DNA of 64,000 bases from Mobula hypostoma. Lineage: Eukaryota. Below are positions 62,125 through 64,000 of this stretch, in pieces. The stretch is from positions 16,554,001-16,618,000 of the forward strand of contig NC_086097.1 of the NCBI RefSeq assembly GCF_963921235.1, read 5' to 3'. Position 1 is the stretch's first letter, and every line of letters starts with the position of its first letter. The position numbers and the translations under genes are program-made. Below the pieces are notes generated by a model, which had not been told where the DNA came from, did no database searches, and saw nothing but the letters and a program-made list of their open reading frames with translations.

Positions 62125-62625
62125 GGTCATTGTGCTAAAAAGCAGAAAGCAGGATTTCCTGGTTGCCAACCATTTTAATTCCAATCCCCATTCCAGCATG
62201 TTGGTCCATGGCCTCGTCTGCTGCCATGATGAGGCCACCCTCAGGATGGAGGAGCAACATCTCATATTCTGTCTGGATAGCCTCCAACCTGATGGCATAA
62301 ACATCTATTTGTCCAACTTCTGGTAATTTTCCTCCCTCCCCCTTCTCTCTTTCAATTTCCCACTCTGGCCACCACTCTTAAATCTTTTCCGCACCTGCCT
62401 ATCACATCTACGCACTACTCTTGCTTCTTTCCTTTCTTCTGTGGCCCACTCTCCTGTCCTATCAAAATTGCTCTTCTCCAGCCCTTTACCAACCATCTTC
62501 TAGACTCTTATTTCATCGTTCTCCCCCACTCACCTGGCTTTACTCATCACCTTCGAGCTCGTAATCCTTCCTCTTCTCCCCCCCCCACCACTTTATTCTG
62601 GTTTCTTTCTCCTTACTTCCCACTA
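62125..62625 (+). mobile_element. Penelope-like element 3' fragment (endonuclease C-terminus + pyrimidine-rich UTR)
   Basis: VANHFNS...HGL..C.DEATLR.EEQHLIF.L.SLQPDGIN...SNF*. Confidence 0.8.
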
Positions 62626-64000
62626 TACCCCTAATTTTGGTGTCATCCACAAATTTGCCAATCCTTTGCTAGTCTATTAATCATCCAGCTCCGCCCCTCT
62701 CTGATTTTCTGCATTAATATTGGGCTTGATTCCTATCCATTTTTAATTCATGTTTATTCTTGCTGAGCTCAATGGTATGACCCAGCATAATGCTCTTTCA
62801 TGTCTTGCTATTTTGTTTGAAGTATATCAAGTCTATAAATGGGCTATTATTGAGCCGTTGTCCAGCTCAGTTTCCTCTTGCTTCCAAACAAGTTTTTATC
62901 CATACTATCCTGCCCACCATTGAGAGTATCTATCTGAGGCGCCACCTCAAATCGGCAGCATCTATCAGCAATGGTCTCCACCATCCAGATCACGCCATCT
63001 TCTTGCATTCGCTACTATCAAAACTTCAAGTCCCACACCACCAAATTCAAACACAGCTTCCTTTCAACCATTCAGTTCTTGAACTAACCTGCACAATTCT
63101 GATCAATACCTTACTGGAGCAACATTATGAACATTTTGCATTACAATTATACTCAGAAAACTCTGATGGTGTGACATCAGACAACACTCAACTCTTGAAA
63201 GAGACACCAAAGATGAACAGAAGAAACAATTCAAGACAGTTCTTAAATCCTCCTTGAAATACTCAACCTCTCCACTTACTTATGGAAACAATTCTTAATG
63301 TTGCAGAATGTTTCAATAAAGTTGCTAACCTTATCTTTTCTGTTTGACAAGTTCAGTTAACTACAGTCTTCAAACACTACCACCCTTCTAGATTATGATT
63401 CATTTTATTTCATAATACAGTATATCAAACAGTAAAAGAACAAACTTGCATTTCCCAATCAAATAAAGTCACCAGTCAATCACAGGATTGTCTGACATCA
63501 TGGTTGAAGGGCCTGTTCCTATACTGAACTGTCTAATATTCTATGTTCCAAGCTGACGCTATAGCTGCACTGGAAGAACATGTCGAGTTTGGATTCAGAG
63601 GTCTTCAGCAATATTTTAGACAGGAGGTGACAAAGCAAGACCAGTGATACCTAGCTAAGTCAAGATTATAAGCAATTTGGAAAAGAATCAACAGATCACG
63701 GCTCTCCCATACACCTGCTAACTTTTCTCTCTTGCAAACTTGAAGCTGTTATCTAAATAGCTTTGCAAATAAGTGGTGTATTTCATAGATAGTATGTGCT
63801 GGCAGTAATACTTATCTGGGGAGGTGGAGTGCCAATCAAGCAAACTTTTTTGAGGATTCTTGGGAGTTGCAATCATCAGAGTAGAGATCACACTCTGAGA
63901 TTCTTCCAATGGAAAGGTAATGAAGTGCCAAGAGGTCAGTCACTCACTTCTAATCATCGCAATATAGGAAGGATATGATTGCCCTGGAGAGGGTGCAGGG

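Overview
Eukaryotic (vertebrate) genomic DNA. The repeat landscape (CR1, Rex1/Babar, Penelope, fish-type L1, IR/DR Tc1) suggests a cartilaginous fish, probably a ray; this is an inference. The whole window lies inside one minus-strand gene, YLPM1 (ZAP3). I can read 15 consecutive coding exons, all GT-AG with compatible phases, totalling 7134 nt (2378 codons). They run from the QQQQYWY exon (58005) to the MADHW...AAIEE exon (653). The first exon and the last exons fall outside the window. Exon numbers are inferred from the mammalian gene order as I recall it. The introns are packed with nested transposons. Most notable observations: (1) a 4245-nt exon largely built from a 9-aa F-[DE]-G repeat, with two homogenised 27-nt arrays, one carrying 17 RGG boxes; (2) a candidate unannotated 84-nt cassette exon or 10-nt poison microexon in a CpG-retaining patch of intron 7; (3) a fold-back Tc1 element with ~700-bp inverted arms, nested three levels deep; (4) a Tigger-type MITE containing a segment that closely resembles mammalian MER2/Tigger3; (5) degenerate Penelope hammerhead-ribozyme motifs on the pre-mRNA strand; (6) a full-length sense L1 with housekeeping-promoter motifs. 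No prokaryotic-type systems, CRISPR arrays, rRNA genes or bona fide tRNA genes were seen. Transposon boundaries without a stated TSD or TIR are approximate.
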